This document shows, one piece after another, positions 8,860 through 17,771 of a stretch of 64,000 nucleotides of DNA. The first letter of the stretch is position 1. Each line of letters begins with the position of its first letter. Location of the stretch: the NCBI GenBank assembly GCA_910586895.1, contig CAJUIW010000002.1, positions 19,837-83,836 on the forward strand, given 5' to 3'. The position numbers and the translations under genes are program-made. The DNA is from an uncultured Muribaculaceae bacterium. Lineage in GTDB: Bacteria > Bacteroidota > Bacteroidia > Bacteroidales > Muribaculaceae. The notes beneath the pieces were generated by a model. That model worked only from the letters and a program-made list of their open reading frames with translations, searched no databases and had not been told where the DNA came from.

Positions 8860-10992
8860 ATGACACTGCTTGACACACAGCCTCTGATAGCCCAGCCGAT
8901 ACCCATCTTCCTGACGGTGATGGGCATCATACTCGTGGCTCCGCTGTTGCTCAGCCGGCTCAAGATACCTCATGTGATCGGCCTTATCATAGCCGGAGTG
9001 GCTGTCGGGCCTGACGGGTTCGGAGTTCTGGCCCGCGACATGAGTTTCGAGGTGTTCGGACAGGTAGGCATCCTCTATCTTATGTTTCTTGCAGGCATAG
9101 AGATAGATATGTATCACCTGCGCAAGAATCTGAGGAAAGGGCTTGTGTTCGGACTTTTCACCTTCCTCGTGCCACTCATATTGGGAGCGGCGGCAGCCAT
9201 ACTCGTTCTCGGGATGGCCTTGCCCGAAGCCACACTTCTGGCCTCGATGTTCGCCGCCCATACCCTGCTCGCCTATCCGATCGTGGCGAGATTCGGGGTG
9301 ACCAAATCCCCGGCGGTCATAATAGCCATAGCAGGCACCATCGTGACGGTGCTCGGTTCGCTCATTGTGCTGGCCGGTGTGCTCGGCGTGGTCCGCGAGG
9401 GTTCGCTGACATCACTTTTAGGCACACTCTGCTATCTGGCCATATACTGCACGGCCATATTCTACATATATCCCCGTCTCACACGTTATTTCTTCAAGAA
9501 ATACCATGACGGCATACAGCAGTTTGTCTATGTGCTTTTCATGGTGTTTCTCGCCGCCGCCACCGCACAGTGGATAGGGATCGAAGGGGTGTTCGGCGCA
9601 TTCTATGCCGGACTCGTGCTCAACCGGTTCATTCCCGGACGCTCCACCCTTATGGGACGTCTGGAATTTGTGGGCAACGCTCTCTTCATCCCCTATTTCC
9701 TCATCGGTGTGGGTATGCTCATTGACCTCCGGGTGGTGACAGATGGATGGGATACGGTATATATAGCGTCCGTGATGAGCGCCGTGGCCATGACCACAAA
9801 GTGGATCGCCGCATGGCTCACCCAGAAGACATTCCGCCTCACCGGCGTGGACCGCAGCATCATGTATCAGCTCTCCAACGCCCACACAGCCGTGGCGCTG
9901 GCCGTAGTGATGATCGGCTACAGTATGGGACTGTTCGGGGTGGAGATACTCAACGGCACCGTGGTGATGATCCTTGTCACCTGTACCGTATCGTCGGTAG
10001 GCACAGCGAGGGCAGCATCGAAACTCAAGGTGCAATTGCTGGAGAAGGAGGCTGAGGAGATGGCCAAGGATGAATCCACCACCCGCCCACGCACCCTCAT
10101 CGCCATATCCAACCCGCTCACTTCGCCGTCAATTGTCGAGCTGGCGCTGTCAATGAGATTTCCCGACTCGTCGGTGCCGGGTGACTTCTACGCACTTCAT
10201 GTGCGCAACGACAACTCAGCCTCCTCACGGGCCATCGGACGCAATTCGCTCGATGTGGCCGAGCGCGCCGCGGCATCTGTGGAGGTGGCGCTCACCACCA
10301 TCGAGAGATATGATCTCAACTTCATCACCGGCGTGATAAACACCATGGAGGAGAGGGATATCACCGAGGTGATCATAGGGCTGCACCGCCGCACGGCATT
10401 CATCGACTCATTCCTCGGCGGAAAGATCGAGAGCCTCCTGCAGTCAACCAACCGCATGGTGGTGATCACACGCTGTTTCAATCCGCTGCAGACCATGAAG
10501 CGCATTTATGTGGCCGTGCCCAAGAAGGCTCAGTTCGAGACAGGATTCCGCCGCTGGGTGCAGGCCATAGGCAACATCGGACGCCATGCGGGATGCCAGA
10601 TGGTGTTCTGGTGCGATCCCTCCACCGAACCGATGATACGCACCGTGCTGAGCCAGGCCCGCATAGGTGTGAGACTGGCTTTTGACCAGGTGAGCAGCTA
10701 TGATGATTTTGTGCTCAAGTCACAGGTGGTGACCGACGATGATCTCCTCATAGTGATCTCGGCACGAAGAGCCTCGGTGTCTTTTGACGGCGATATGGAT
10801 GCCGTGCCGGAATATCTGCGCAAATACTTCGGAGGCACCAACCTCATCATGCTCTATCCCGGACAGTTCGGCACCGAACCGCCCATGACCATGGCTGAGG
10901 TGATGTCCACCGATCTTACATCGCCTCCCTCACCGTTCTATATCTATCTGAGCAATACATTCCGCCGCCTGTTCCGCAGCAAGGGGCAGTGA
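8860..10992 (+). CDS. cation:proton antiporter (CPA family) with large cytoplasmic C-terminal domain
   Basis: 710 aa. The N-terminal ~400 aa are polytopic with Na+/H+-exchanger-like segments (GLIIAGVAVGP, LMFLAGIEID). The C-terminal ~300 aa are soluble and look like tandem USP-like repeats. Confidence 0.85.
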   Translation: MTLLDTQPLIAQPIPIFLTVMGIILVAPLLLSRLKIPHVIGLIIAGVAVGPDGFGVLARDMSFEVFGQVGILYLMFLAGIEIDMYHLRKNLRKGLVFGLFTFLVPLILGAAAAILVLGMALPEATLLASMFAAHTLLAYPIVARFGVTKSPAVIIAIAGTIVTVLGSLIVLAGVLGVVREGSLTSLLGTLCYLAIYCTAIFYIYPRLTRYFFKKYHDGIQQFVYVLFMVFLAAATAQWIGIEGVFGAFYAGLVLNRFIPGRSTLMGRLEFVGNALFIPYFLIGVGMLIDLRVVTDGWDTVYIASVMSAVAMTTKWIAAWLTQKTFRLTGVDRSIMYQLSNAHTAVALAVVMIGYSMGLFGVEILNGTVVMILVTCTVSSVGTARAASKLKVQLLEKEAEEMAKDESTTRPRTLIAISNPLTSPSIVELALSMRFPDSSVPGDFYALHVRNDNSASSRAIGRNSLDVAERAAASVEVALTTIERYDLNFITGVINTMEERDITEVIIGLHRRTAFIDSFLGGKIESLLQSTNRMVVITRCFNPLQTMKRIYVAVPKKAQFETGFRRWVQAIGNIGRHAGCQMVFWCDPSTEPMIRTVLSQARIGVRLAFDQVSSYDDFVLKSQVVTDDDLLIVISARRASVSFDGDMDAVPEYLRKYFGGTNLIMLYPGQFGTEPPMTMAEVMSTDLTSPPSPFYIYLSNTFRRLFRSKGQ

Positions 10993-11002
10993 GGCGGGAG
11001 CG

Positions 11003-12568
11003 TCAGACGTGGGGGTAGTCCACAGTGAAGTGCAGTCCGCGTGACTCCTTGCGCTCCTTGGCCTGACGCATTATCAGATATCCTACATTTATGATGTTGC
11101 GCAGCTCGCATATCTCACGGGTGGCCTTCGAGCTTTTGAAAAGCTTCTCGGTCTCCTCATAGAGTATGTCGAGACGGTTCCAGGCGCGGTCAAGGCGCAG
11201 ATTGGAGCGCACGATGCCGACGTATGTTCCCATGATCTGGTTGACCTCCTTGATGCTCTGGGTGATGAGCACCATCTCCTCGGCATGGCGTGTGCCCTCG
11301 TCGTTCCATTCGGGTATATCCTCGCGGAAATCGTAGTGCGAGACATTCTCCATGGCATGGCGCGCGGCTGCATCGGCATAAACTACAGCCTCGATGAGCG
11401 AGTTGGAAGCCAGACGGTTGCCACCGTGGAGACCTGTGCACGAGCATTCGCCCACAGCATAAAGACGGCTTATGCTCGACTCGGCATTGCCGTCGACCTT
11501 GATTCCGCCGCACAGGTAATGGGCTGCAGGTGCCACCGGGATGTAATCTTTCGTGATATCTATACCCAACGAGAGACACTTGGCATATATGTTGGGGAAA
11601 TGCTTCTTTGTCTCCTCGGGATCCTTGTGTGTCACATCAAGATAGACATGATCGTCGCCATAGAGTTTCATCTCCGAGTCGATGGCACGGGCCACTATGT
11701 CGCGCGGAGCGAGAGAGAGACGCGGGTCATATTTGTGCATGAACTCCTCGCCACGCTTGTTGCGGAGCACCGCCCCGTAGCCGCGCATGGCTTCGGTGAT
11801 CAGAAACGAGGGGCGGTCACCGGGATGATAGAGCGCCGTGGGATGGAATTGTATGAACTCCATATCCTTTACTGTACCCTTGGCCCTGTAGACCATCGCT
11901 ATGCCGTCGCCGGTGGCCACGAGCGGATTGGTAGTGGTCTGATAGACCGCACCCACTCCTCCTGTGGCTATAAGTGTGACACGTGACAGGAAAGTGTCTA
12001 CCGTACCTGTGGCAGTGTCGAGCACGTATGCACCGTAGCAGGTTATGTCGGGAGTACGGCGTGTCACAATCTTGCCAAGGTGATGCTGGGTGAGAATCTC
12101 GATGGCGAAATGATGTTCGTATATGTCGATGTTGGGATTCGCCTTCACAGCCTTTATGAGCGAGTCCTGTATCTCGAAGCCGGTGTTGTCGGCATGATGC
12201 AGGATGCGGAACTCCGAATGTCCACCCTCTCGGTGCAGGTCAAACGACCCATCCTCCTTTTTGTCGAAATCAACACCCCAGCCTATCAGTTCCCGGATCT
12301 GCGCGGGTGCGTTACGCACCACCTTCTCCACCGCCTCGGGATCGGAGAGCCAGTCTCCGGCCACCATGGTGTCGTGGATATGTTTTTCGAAATCATCAAC
12401 TTTAAGGTCGGTGACTGAAGCCACTCCGCCCTGAGCGAGCGCTGTGTTGGCTTCATCAAGTGTGGTCTTGCATACGAGGGCCACCGAGCCGTGTCCGGCC
12501 ACTTTAAGGGCAAAGCTCATCCCGGCGATGCCCGACCCTATAACGAGGTAGTCATATTTACGTGTCAT
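11003..12568 (-). CDS. nadB: L-aspartate oxidase
   Basis: FAD dinucleotide fold at the chosen N-terminus (YDYLVIGSGIAGMS), succinate dehydrogenase/fumarate reductase flavoprotein-like core, RGLHFT near the C-terminus. The start is trimmed from 12673 to the in-frame ATG at 12568. Confidence 0.93.
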   Translation of the reverse strand: MTRKYDYLVIGSGIAGMSFALKVAGHGSVALVCKTTLDEANTALAQGGVASVTDLKVDDFEKHIHDTMVAGDWLSDPEAVEKVVRNAPAQIRELIGWGVDFDKKEDGSFDLHREGGHSEFRILHHADNTGFEIQDSLIKAVKANPNIDIYEHHFAIEILTQHHLGKIVTRRTPDITCYGAYVLDTATGTVDTFLSRVTLIATGGVGAVYQTTTNPLVATGDGIAMVYRAKGTVKDMEFIQFHPTALYHPGDRPSFLITEAMRGYGAVLRNKRGEEFMHKYDPRLSLAPRDIVARAIDSEMKLYGDDHVYLDVTHKDPEETKKHFPNIYAKCLSLGIDITKDYIPVAPAAHYLCGGIKVDGNAESSISRLYAVGECSCTGLHGGNRLASNSLIEAVVYADAAARHAMENVSHYDFREDIPEWNDEGTRHAEEMVLITQSIKEVNQIMGTYVGIVRSNLRLDRAWNRLDILYEETEKLFKSSKATREICELRNIINVGYLIMRQAKERKESRGLHFTVDYPHV

Positions 12569-12595
12569 GTGAAACGCAATGAATAATTGGTGATG

Positions 12596-12603
12596 CAAAC
12601 TTA
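12596..12603 (-). promoter_or_regulatory. -7 promoter box (TAagTTTG on minus strand) for nadB
   Basis: The plus-strand CAAACTTA equals TAAGTTTG on the minus strand, 28 nt upstream of the nadB ATG at 12568. Confidence 0.45.
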
Positions 12604-12797
12604 GCAAATTTTTCCGACATATCCAATCTATTGGAAAACAGGAAAAGCCAACGCTCGCTAATGGTGTCCACACACCACTCTACAGAGTAGCCGCCAACAC
12701 AGCATCACACTGAAATGATATATCATTCAAAAGCACAGCAAAATCAAGACACAGCAAAATTTAAGAGAGCTAATATATCATATAATAAATATTTTTA

Positions 12798-12822
12798 CTA
12801 TCTTTACAGCATTAAAAGATAG
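12798..12822 (+). promoter_or_regulatory. palindrome CTATCTTT-n9-AAAGATAG overlapping an imperfect -7 box (TAtcTTTa); candidate HipB operator
   Basis: 8-bp perfect inverted arms at 12798-12805 and 12815-12822, immediately upstream of the XRE-family gene. Confidence 0.4.
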
Positions 12823-12829
12823 ATTGGAG

Positions 12830-13150
12830 ATGGCAAAGAACACTATGGGGACAAAGATGCCCCGAAAGCTGGAGCAGAAAATGGCGATTATGGGTGAGCA
12901 GATAAAGCTTGCCCGCCTTCGCCGCAACCTGTCGATAGCTCAGGTTGCGGAGCGGGCAACGTGCTCACCCCTGACGATTAACCGCATTGAAAAAGGTTCT
13001 CCGACTGTTTCAATCGGAATCTATGCCCGCGTGCTCTATGCTCTCCAACTCGAAGATGATCTTCTGCTGATAGCTAAAGACGACCCTCTCGGTCGTACCT
13101 TGCAAGACTTAAACTTAAAGCACAGGCAAAGAGCCTCAAAAAAAGAATAA
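12830..13150 (+). CDS. hipB: XRE-family HTH antitoxin (HipB-like)
   Basis: Cro/C1-type HTH (IKLARLRRNLSIAQVAERATCSPLTINRIEKG). It ends 4 nt before the hipA-like gene. The start is uncertain (TTG 12824, ATG 12830 or later Met codons). Confidence 0.75.
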   Translation: MAKNTMGTKMPRKLEQKMAIMGEQIKLARLRRNLSIAQVAERATCSPLTINRIEKGSPTVSIGIYARVLYALQLEDDLLLIAKDDPLGRTLQDLNLKHRQRASKKE

Positions 13151-13153
13151 GCC

Positions 13154-14407
13154 ATGAAGAAGTTATTTGTTTATGCCGATTTTGATTGGCTTGATGCTCC
13201 TCGGTTGATTGGAGAATTGTCGTATGACTCGGTAAGGGGTGGCGAGACTTATGGCTTTGCTTTTGATAAAGAATGGCTTGCCAAATATCGTGATATTTTT
13301 CTGTCAGATGATTTGCAGAATTATTCGGGGCTTCAATATACGCGTCCCGGACACGATATTTTCTCGTGCTTTTCAGATGCACTGCCCGACCGTTGGGGGC
13401 GCACACTGTTGAATCGCAGGGAACAAATCACCGCGACAGATGAAAAACGGCCAGTTCGCCGGTTGACTTCATTTGACTATCTTATCGGCATTGATGATGC
13501 TTCACGAATGGGAGGCTTCCGTTTTGCGGAAAATCGAGATGGGAAATTCATAAATTGCGAGGAATCTTTGCGCGTGCCCCCATTGGCAAACGTAAGGGAG
13601 TTGATGCACGCCGCACATGAAATTGAGGCGAGCGAAGAGAAACATATTTTACCGGAGAAGAAATGGATAATACAGCTTCTCCACCCCGGCACGTCTTTAG
13701 GCGGCGCCCGCCCCAAGGCTTCTGTGATTGACGAAGACGGCAGGTTGACCATAGCAAAATTTCCTTCAAGGAAAGATGATTACGATGTAGCTTTGTGGGA
13801 ACATTTCTGTCACGTCATGGCCAAGAAAGCGGGTATAAATGTGGCGGAGACACGGACTATCATGGGTGAGGAATACCACATTCTTCTTTCCAAACGGTTC
13901 GACCGCGACGGGAGTGGGAAGAGAATACATTTTGCCTCAGCGTTAACACTCCTCGGATTGACAGATGGTGACAACGCATCAAATGGGTATGGTTATCCGG
14001 ACATCGTTGACTTCATATTGAGAAATGGGACTGATGTAGAGCAAAATCTCGAAGAGCTTTATCGCCGCGTTGTATTCAACATCATCGTCGGCAACTCTGA
14101 CGACCACTTCCGAAACCACGGTTTTCTGTTGACACGAAAGGGTTGGATTCTTTCTCCGGCATACGACATAAATCCAACCCTCGCCGAAGAACAGAGCTTG
14201 CTCATAAACCGCACTACAAACCTCTCAGACCTGAATATTCTGATGGAATCAGCCGAAGAGTATATGTTGCAGGATGAGAGAGCGAAGTCAATCATAAATG
14301 AAGTCAAAACCGCAATGAACCCATGGCGCACTGTCGCCGGTAAAATCGGCATACCCCAACGCGACATCGAAATGTTTGCGCCAAGGATAGATAAATGGTT
14401 GGAATAA
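13154..14407 (+). CDS. hipA: type II toxin-antitoxin system HipA-family serine/threonine kinase toxin
   Basis: 417 aa. HipA N-terminal coupling region, P-loop-like SLGGARPKASV, catalytic GNSDDHFRNHGFL, PAYDINP. Confidence 0.9.
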   Translation: MKKLFVYADFDWLDAPRLIGELSYDSVRGGETYGFAFDKEWLAKYRDIFLSDDLQNYSGLQYTRPGHDIFSCFSDALPDRWGRTLLNRREQITATDEKRPVRRLTSFDYLIGIDDASRMGGFRFAENRDGKFINCEESLRVPPLANVRELMHAAHEIEASEEKHILPEKKWIIQLLHPGTSLGGARPKASVIDEDGRLTIAKFPSRKDDYDVALWEHFCHVMAKKAGINVAETRTIMGEEYHILLSKRFDRDGSGKRIHFASALTLLGLTDGDNASNGYGYPDIVDFILRNGTDVEQNLEELYRRVVFNIIVGNSDDHFRNHGFLLTRKGWILSPAYDINPTLAEEQSLLINRTTNLSDLNILMESAEEYMLQDERAKSIINEVKTAMNPWRTVAGKIGIPQRDIEMFAPRIDKWLE

Positions 14408-14427
14408 ATCACATTAAACAAAATCAG

Positions 14428-14467
14428 ACCTGCCCGCCGCCGATATGTTAATCGACAGCGGGCAGGT
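14428..14467. terminator. hairpin between convergent hipA and the MIPS gene (probable bidirectional terminator)
   Basis: ACCTGCCCGC ... GCGGGCAGGT: 10-bp GC-rich stem with a 20-nt loop, followed by GTTATTT. Confidence 0.55.
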
Positions 14468-14501
14468 GTTATTTCAGTCTTATGCTGCTTCGCGGAGAGG
14501 A

Positions 14502-15809
14502 TCAGTCGATCTCTTCGTCAGCCTCATAACCACCCATCTCGCGGATGGCGTTCTTGAGCATGGTGTACTGCTTGAAGAGGTGGTTGACGGGCACTTCACC
14601 CTTGGTGTAGTCGTGCATGGGGCTCTTGAGGAAGAAGCTCAGGAAGCGCTGGATGCCGTAGCGGCCGTCGCGAGCGGCGAGGTCGCTGAGAAGAACGAGG
14701 TCAAGGCAGAGGGGAGCTGCGAGGATAGAGTCGCGGCAGAGGAAGTTGATCTTGATCTGCATGGGATAGCCCATCCAGCCGAAGATGTCGATGTTGTCCC
14801 AGCCTTCCTTGTTGTCGTTGCGCGGGGGATAGTAGTTGATACGTACCTTGTGGTAGTAGTTGGTGTAGAGGTCGGGCTGTTCTTCGGGAACCAGGATTGA
14901 TTCAAGTGTTGAGAGCTTTGAAACCTCCTTGGTGCGGAAGTTGGCGGGTTCGTCAAGAACGAGACCGTCACGGTTGCCGAGGATGTTGGTTGAGAACCAT
15001 CCGCTCAGACCGAGGCAGCGTGTGCCGATGATGGGAGCGAAACCTGACTTAACAAGTGTCTGACCTGTCTTGAAGTCCTTACCGGCGATAGGCATGCCAG
15101 TCTTTTCGCTGAGTTCCCACATAGCGGGGATGTCAACGGTGGTGTTGGGAGCACCCATGATGAAAGGAGCGCCTTCCTGAAGAGCTGCGTAAGCGTAGCA
15201 CATTGAGGGAGCAATGTGTTCCTTGTCGTCAGCCTTCATAGCTGCTTCAAGAGCTTCTACTGTGCCGTGGATCTGCTCGTCGACGGGTACGTATACTTCG
15301 GTTGAAGCGGCCCAGAGTACTACTACGCGGTCAAGGCCGTTTTCTTTCTTGAAGTTGCGGATATCCTCGCGGAGCTGTTCAGCCATTTCCCAACGGGTCT
15401 TGCCTACCATGATGTTGTCACCGTCAAGACGCTTTGCATAGTTGTGGTCAAAAGCGGCTTTGAGGGGCTTGATGGCTTCGAGTTCGTCCTTAACGGGGTT
15501 GATGTCCTTTTCCTTAAGAACTTCAGCGTTGATAGCGCTTTCGTAAGCGTTTTCAGGATATACGTCCCATGCGCCGAACACGATGTCGTTGAGGTCAGCG
15601 ATAGGAGCTATTTCGTTATATTTCAGATACTTTTTGTCGGCACCTTTTCCAACACGGATTTTGTCATATTGGGTCATTGAACCAACAGGCTTTGCAAGGC
15701 CTTTGCGGGCCATGAGCACGCCGGTCATGAAAGTGGTAGTTACGGCGCCGAGGCCTACTACAAGAACACCAAGTTTACCTTCTGCAGGTTTAACGTTTGT
15801 TTTGTTCAT
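14502..15809 (-). CDS. ino1: myo-inositol-1-phosphate (inositol-3-phosphate) synthase (MIPS)
   Basis: 435 aa. NAD-binding N-terminus (GVLVVGLGAVTTT) and MIPS signature regions (NILGNRDG, conserved C-terminal tetramerisation/catalytic block). Confidence 0.93.
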   Translation of the reverse strand: MNKTNVKPAEGKLGVLVVGLGAVTTTFMTGVLMARKGLAKPVGSMTQYDKIRVGKGADKKYLKYNEIAPIADLNDIVFGAWDVYPENAYESAINAEVLKEKDINPVKDELEAIKPLKAAFDHNYAKRLDGDNIMVGKTRWEMAEQLREDIRNFKKENGLDRVVVLWAASTEVYVPVDEQIHGTVEALEAAMKADDKEHIAPSMCYAYAALQEGAPFIMGAPNTTVDIPAMWELSEKTGMPIAGKDFKTGQTLVKSGFAPIIGTRCLGLSGWFSTNILGNRDGLVLDEPANFRTKEVSKLSTLESILVPEEQPDLYTNYYHKVRINYYPPRNDNKEGWDNIDIFGWMGYPMQIKINFLCRDSILAAPLCLDLVLLSDLAARDGRYGIQRFLSFFLKSPMHDYTKGEVPVNHLFKQYTMLKNAIREMGGYEADEEID

Positions 15810-16055
15810 GATAATCTTTGGGTTATTGATATTATGTTCTTATTTTCAGTGGCTTTTCCGGTGTATTTCATATGGTGTGACGCCAATGGAACACACATTT
15901 TTGGGAAATGCGTGTAAAAGTACATGTAATTTTTGAAATGCAAAATTATTTCTAATTTAATATTCGCTTATTTTTGCTAAAATATATCAAAAATATGTGT
16001 GAATAGTAAATTTAGGTTAATTTTAGTCGATTTTAATTATTTATGTGTTAACGCA

Positions 16056-16763
16056 TCAAAATGCTACGTCAAGCAGTTCGGCCAGATTTTTAATTATGGA
16101 CGGGTGCATGACGCTGTCTTCATCCTCAGTCCATCCTTTTCCTTTGAGCCATGCTGTGCGGCAGCCTATGGTTTCGGCCGGGATAATATCCTTTTTATAG
16201 CTGTCGCCTACCACGAGCACATTTTCAGGCTTCATGCCGAGAGCCTCCACCCCAAGGCGGAAAATCTGCGGGTCAGGTTTTCTGACGCCCACCACCGCAC
16301 TCTCTATTATGGCCTTGAAGTAGCGCCGCAGGTCAAAGTCAGTGAGTACCGCCTCCACATTGCCGTAGAAGTTTGACACGAGCACCATAGGGTAGCGTTC
16401 GGAAAGTTGTTCGAGTACCGGACGTGCCTCTTCTATGCAGCATCGCGCTCGGTCATAGCAGTAGTCGGCCACCGGGCCGGCGAATTTTGCAGCAGCTTCT
16501 TCCGGTATGATTCTCTGTTCAACAAGCCGGCCAAACTCAATGCGCATCTTTATCACCAGAAGGTCATGGAAGTTATGGTGGGGAAGTATATGGCGTGTGC
16601 GGGCCAGCTCGCGCTCAGCGTAGACGTATGCCTCGCGGAATTGCTCCTTGTCCACCGGCACGCCGCATGACTGATAGCCGTCCCATATTACTTCGCTCCA
16701 GTGCACGCCACGGCTGTCGATTGTGCCGCCGTAGTCAAATATGATACCGGTTATTTTCTCCAT
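16056..16763 (-). CDS. HAD-superfamily hydrolase (subfamily IA-like)
   Basis: Motif I IIFDYGGTID, motif II VSNF, motif III K (VRKPDP), motif IV VVGDSYKKDI. The motif-I +2 position is Gly rather than Asp. Confidence 0.8.
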   Translation of the reverse strand: MEKITGIIFDYGGTIDSRGVHWSEVIWDGYQSCGVPVDKEQFREAYVYAERELARTRHILPHHNFHDLLVIKMRIEFGRLVEQRIIPEEAAAKFAGPVADYCYDRARCCIEEARPVLEQLSERYPMVLVSNFYGNVEAVLTDFDLRRYFKAIIESAVVGVRKPDPQIFRLGVEALGMKPENVLVVGDSYKKDIIPAETIGCRTAWLKGKGWTEDEDSVMHPSIIKNLAELLDVAF

Positions 16764-16802
16764 GGTGATATGAATGTTTTTCGTGGTTGGTATATCTGTA
16801 GT

Positions 16803-17771
16803 TCAGAATTTTCCCTCCTTAAGCTCGGCGGTAAGGTCACGGCATAAACTTTCATGCCGGCTCACCATGTAGAGCAGCAGTATATTGAGCACTGTCAGCT
16901 CGAAGGCGAAGTAAAGCCATGGCATCTGAAGGAACAGGGATGCAAACAGGGCTATGGTGCGCCAGTTGAAAGAGAGGATATTGGTATATTTCATCAGCGG
17001 CAGACTCTTGCGGCGGAACGCATCGCGGAAGCTCTGCGGTATGTTGCCGTCAGGAAAACGGCGGCGCAGTTCGGCACGCAGTGTCTGCATGCTGCGTGAG
17101 AACACCTCCTGATTGGCTGTGTAGTTGGCGTATACTTTGAGAGTTATCTTGCGCCAGAAGTTGCCTCGCCATGGTATCTCACGGTTGCGTGCCCGCAGTT
17201 CGTCGCATGTGTCAAGCTCACTCCCCTCCTTGCCTTTGAGGAAGTAGAGATGAAACTGGCGGTAGTAATCGGCCATTGCAGCCTGCTTGGCATGGCATAT
17301 ACCGGTTATGACGGCCATGACCCATATGGCCCATTTGTGGGCTTCGAAGAATTCGGAGGTATGCACTTCGCGCAGACATATGGCTACATAGATGGTGGCA
17401 AACCATATATCGCCGCTTAGTCCGTCAAGTATGCGGCCTATGCGGGAGTATTGGTGAGTCATGCGCGCAAGCTGTCCGTCGGCGCTGTCAAATGAATTGG
17501 CCCATATCAGGAGCAGCATGCCTGCTATATTGATAAGCATGTTGTCGAAATAGAATGCTACTCCGGCACCGATGCCCAGGAATATCGATGCTATGGTTAT
17601 GGCATTGGGCGTCACGCCGAGTTTTTTGGCCAGACAGGCCCAGAACCAACCTATACGGCGGTAGAATATCAGGTCGATACCCTCTTCCGTATCAAGCGTT
17701 TTCAGCGACTGCTGGTAAGCATCCGAGGCTGATGTTGTATGGTTTATGTCGGGTTCTTCTTGTTTCATCAA
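16803..17771 (-). CDS. CDP-alcohol phosphatidyltransferase family protein (second copy in locus)
   Basis: 322 aa polytopic protein with DSADGQLAR-x8-GRILDGLSGD. This is the CDP-alcohol transferase signature with the last Asp displaced by one residue. Confidence 0.8.
   Translation of the reverse strand: MMKQEEPDINHTTSASDAYQQSLKTLDTEEGIDLIFYRRIGWFWACLAKKLGVTPNAITIASIFLGIGAGVAFYFDNMLINIAGMLLLIWANSFDSADGQLARMTHQYSRIGRILDGLSGDIWFATIYVAICLREVHTSEFFEAHKWAIWVMAVITGICHAKQAAMADYYRQFHLYFLKGKEGSELDTCDELRARNREIPWRGNFWRKITLKVYANYTANQEVFSRSMQTLRAELRRRFPDGNIPQSFRDAFRRKSLPLMKYTNILSFNWRTIALFASLFLQMPWLYFAFELTVLNILLLYMVSRHESLCRDLTAELKEGKF

Noticed and set aside
8608-8878. Two small minus-strand ORFs (70 and 75 aa) in the 8.6-8.9 kb intergenic region.
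   Set aside because: They run straight through the terminator hairpin and the 30-bp inverted repeat, so the open frames are a by-product of the palindromic sequence.
12569-12673. N-terminal extensions in the ORF-track models. Affected genes: nadB here, recF 53957-54142, GT4 45048-45158, GT4 42433-42528, PIP synthase 20255-20368, ybeY 45254-45301, exonuclease 5506-5538, lipoprotein 56037-56105 and gldE 62191-62223.
   Set aside because: The extensions lack homology-like sequence, often start at GTG or TTG, contain or precede the -7 promoter box, or overlap the upstream gene extensively. Internal ATGs give canonical N-termini such as the FAD fold of NadB or MELSTL of RecF.
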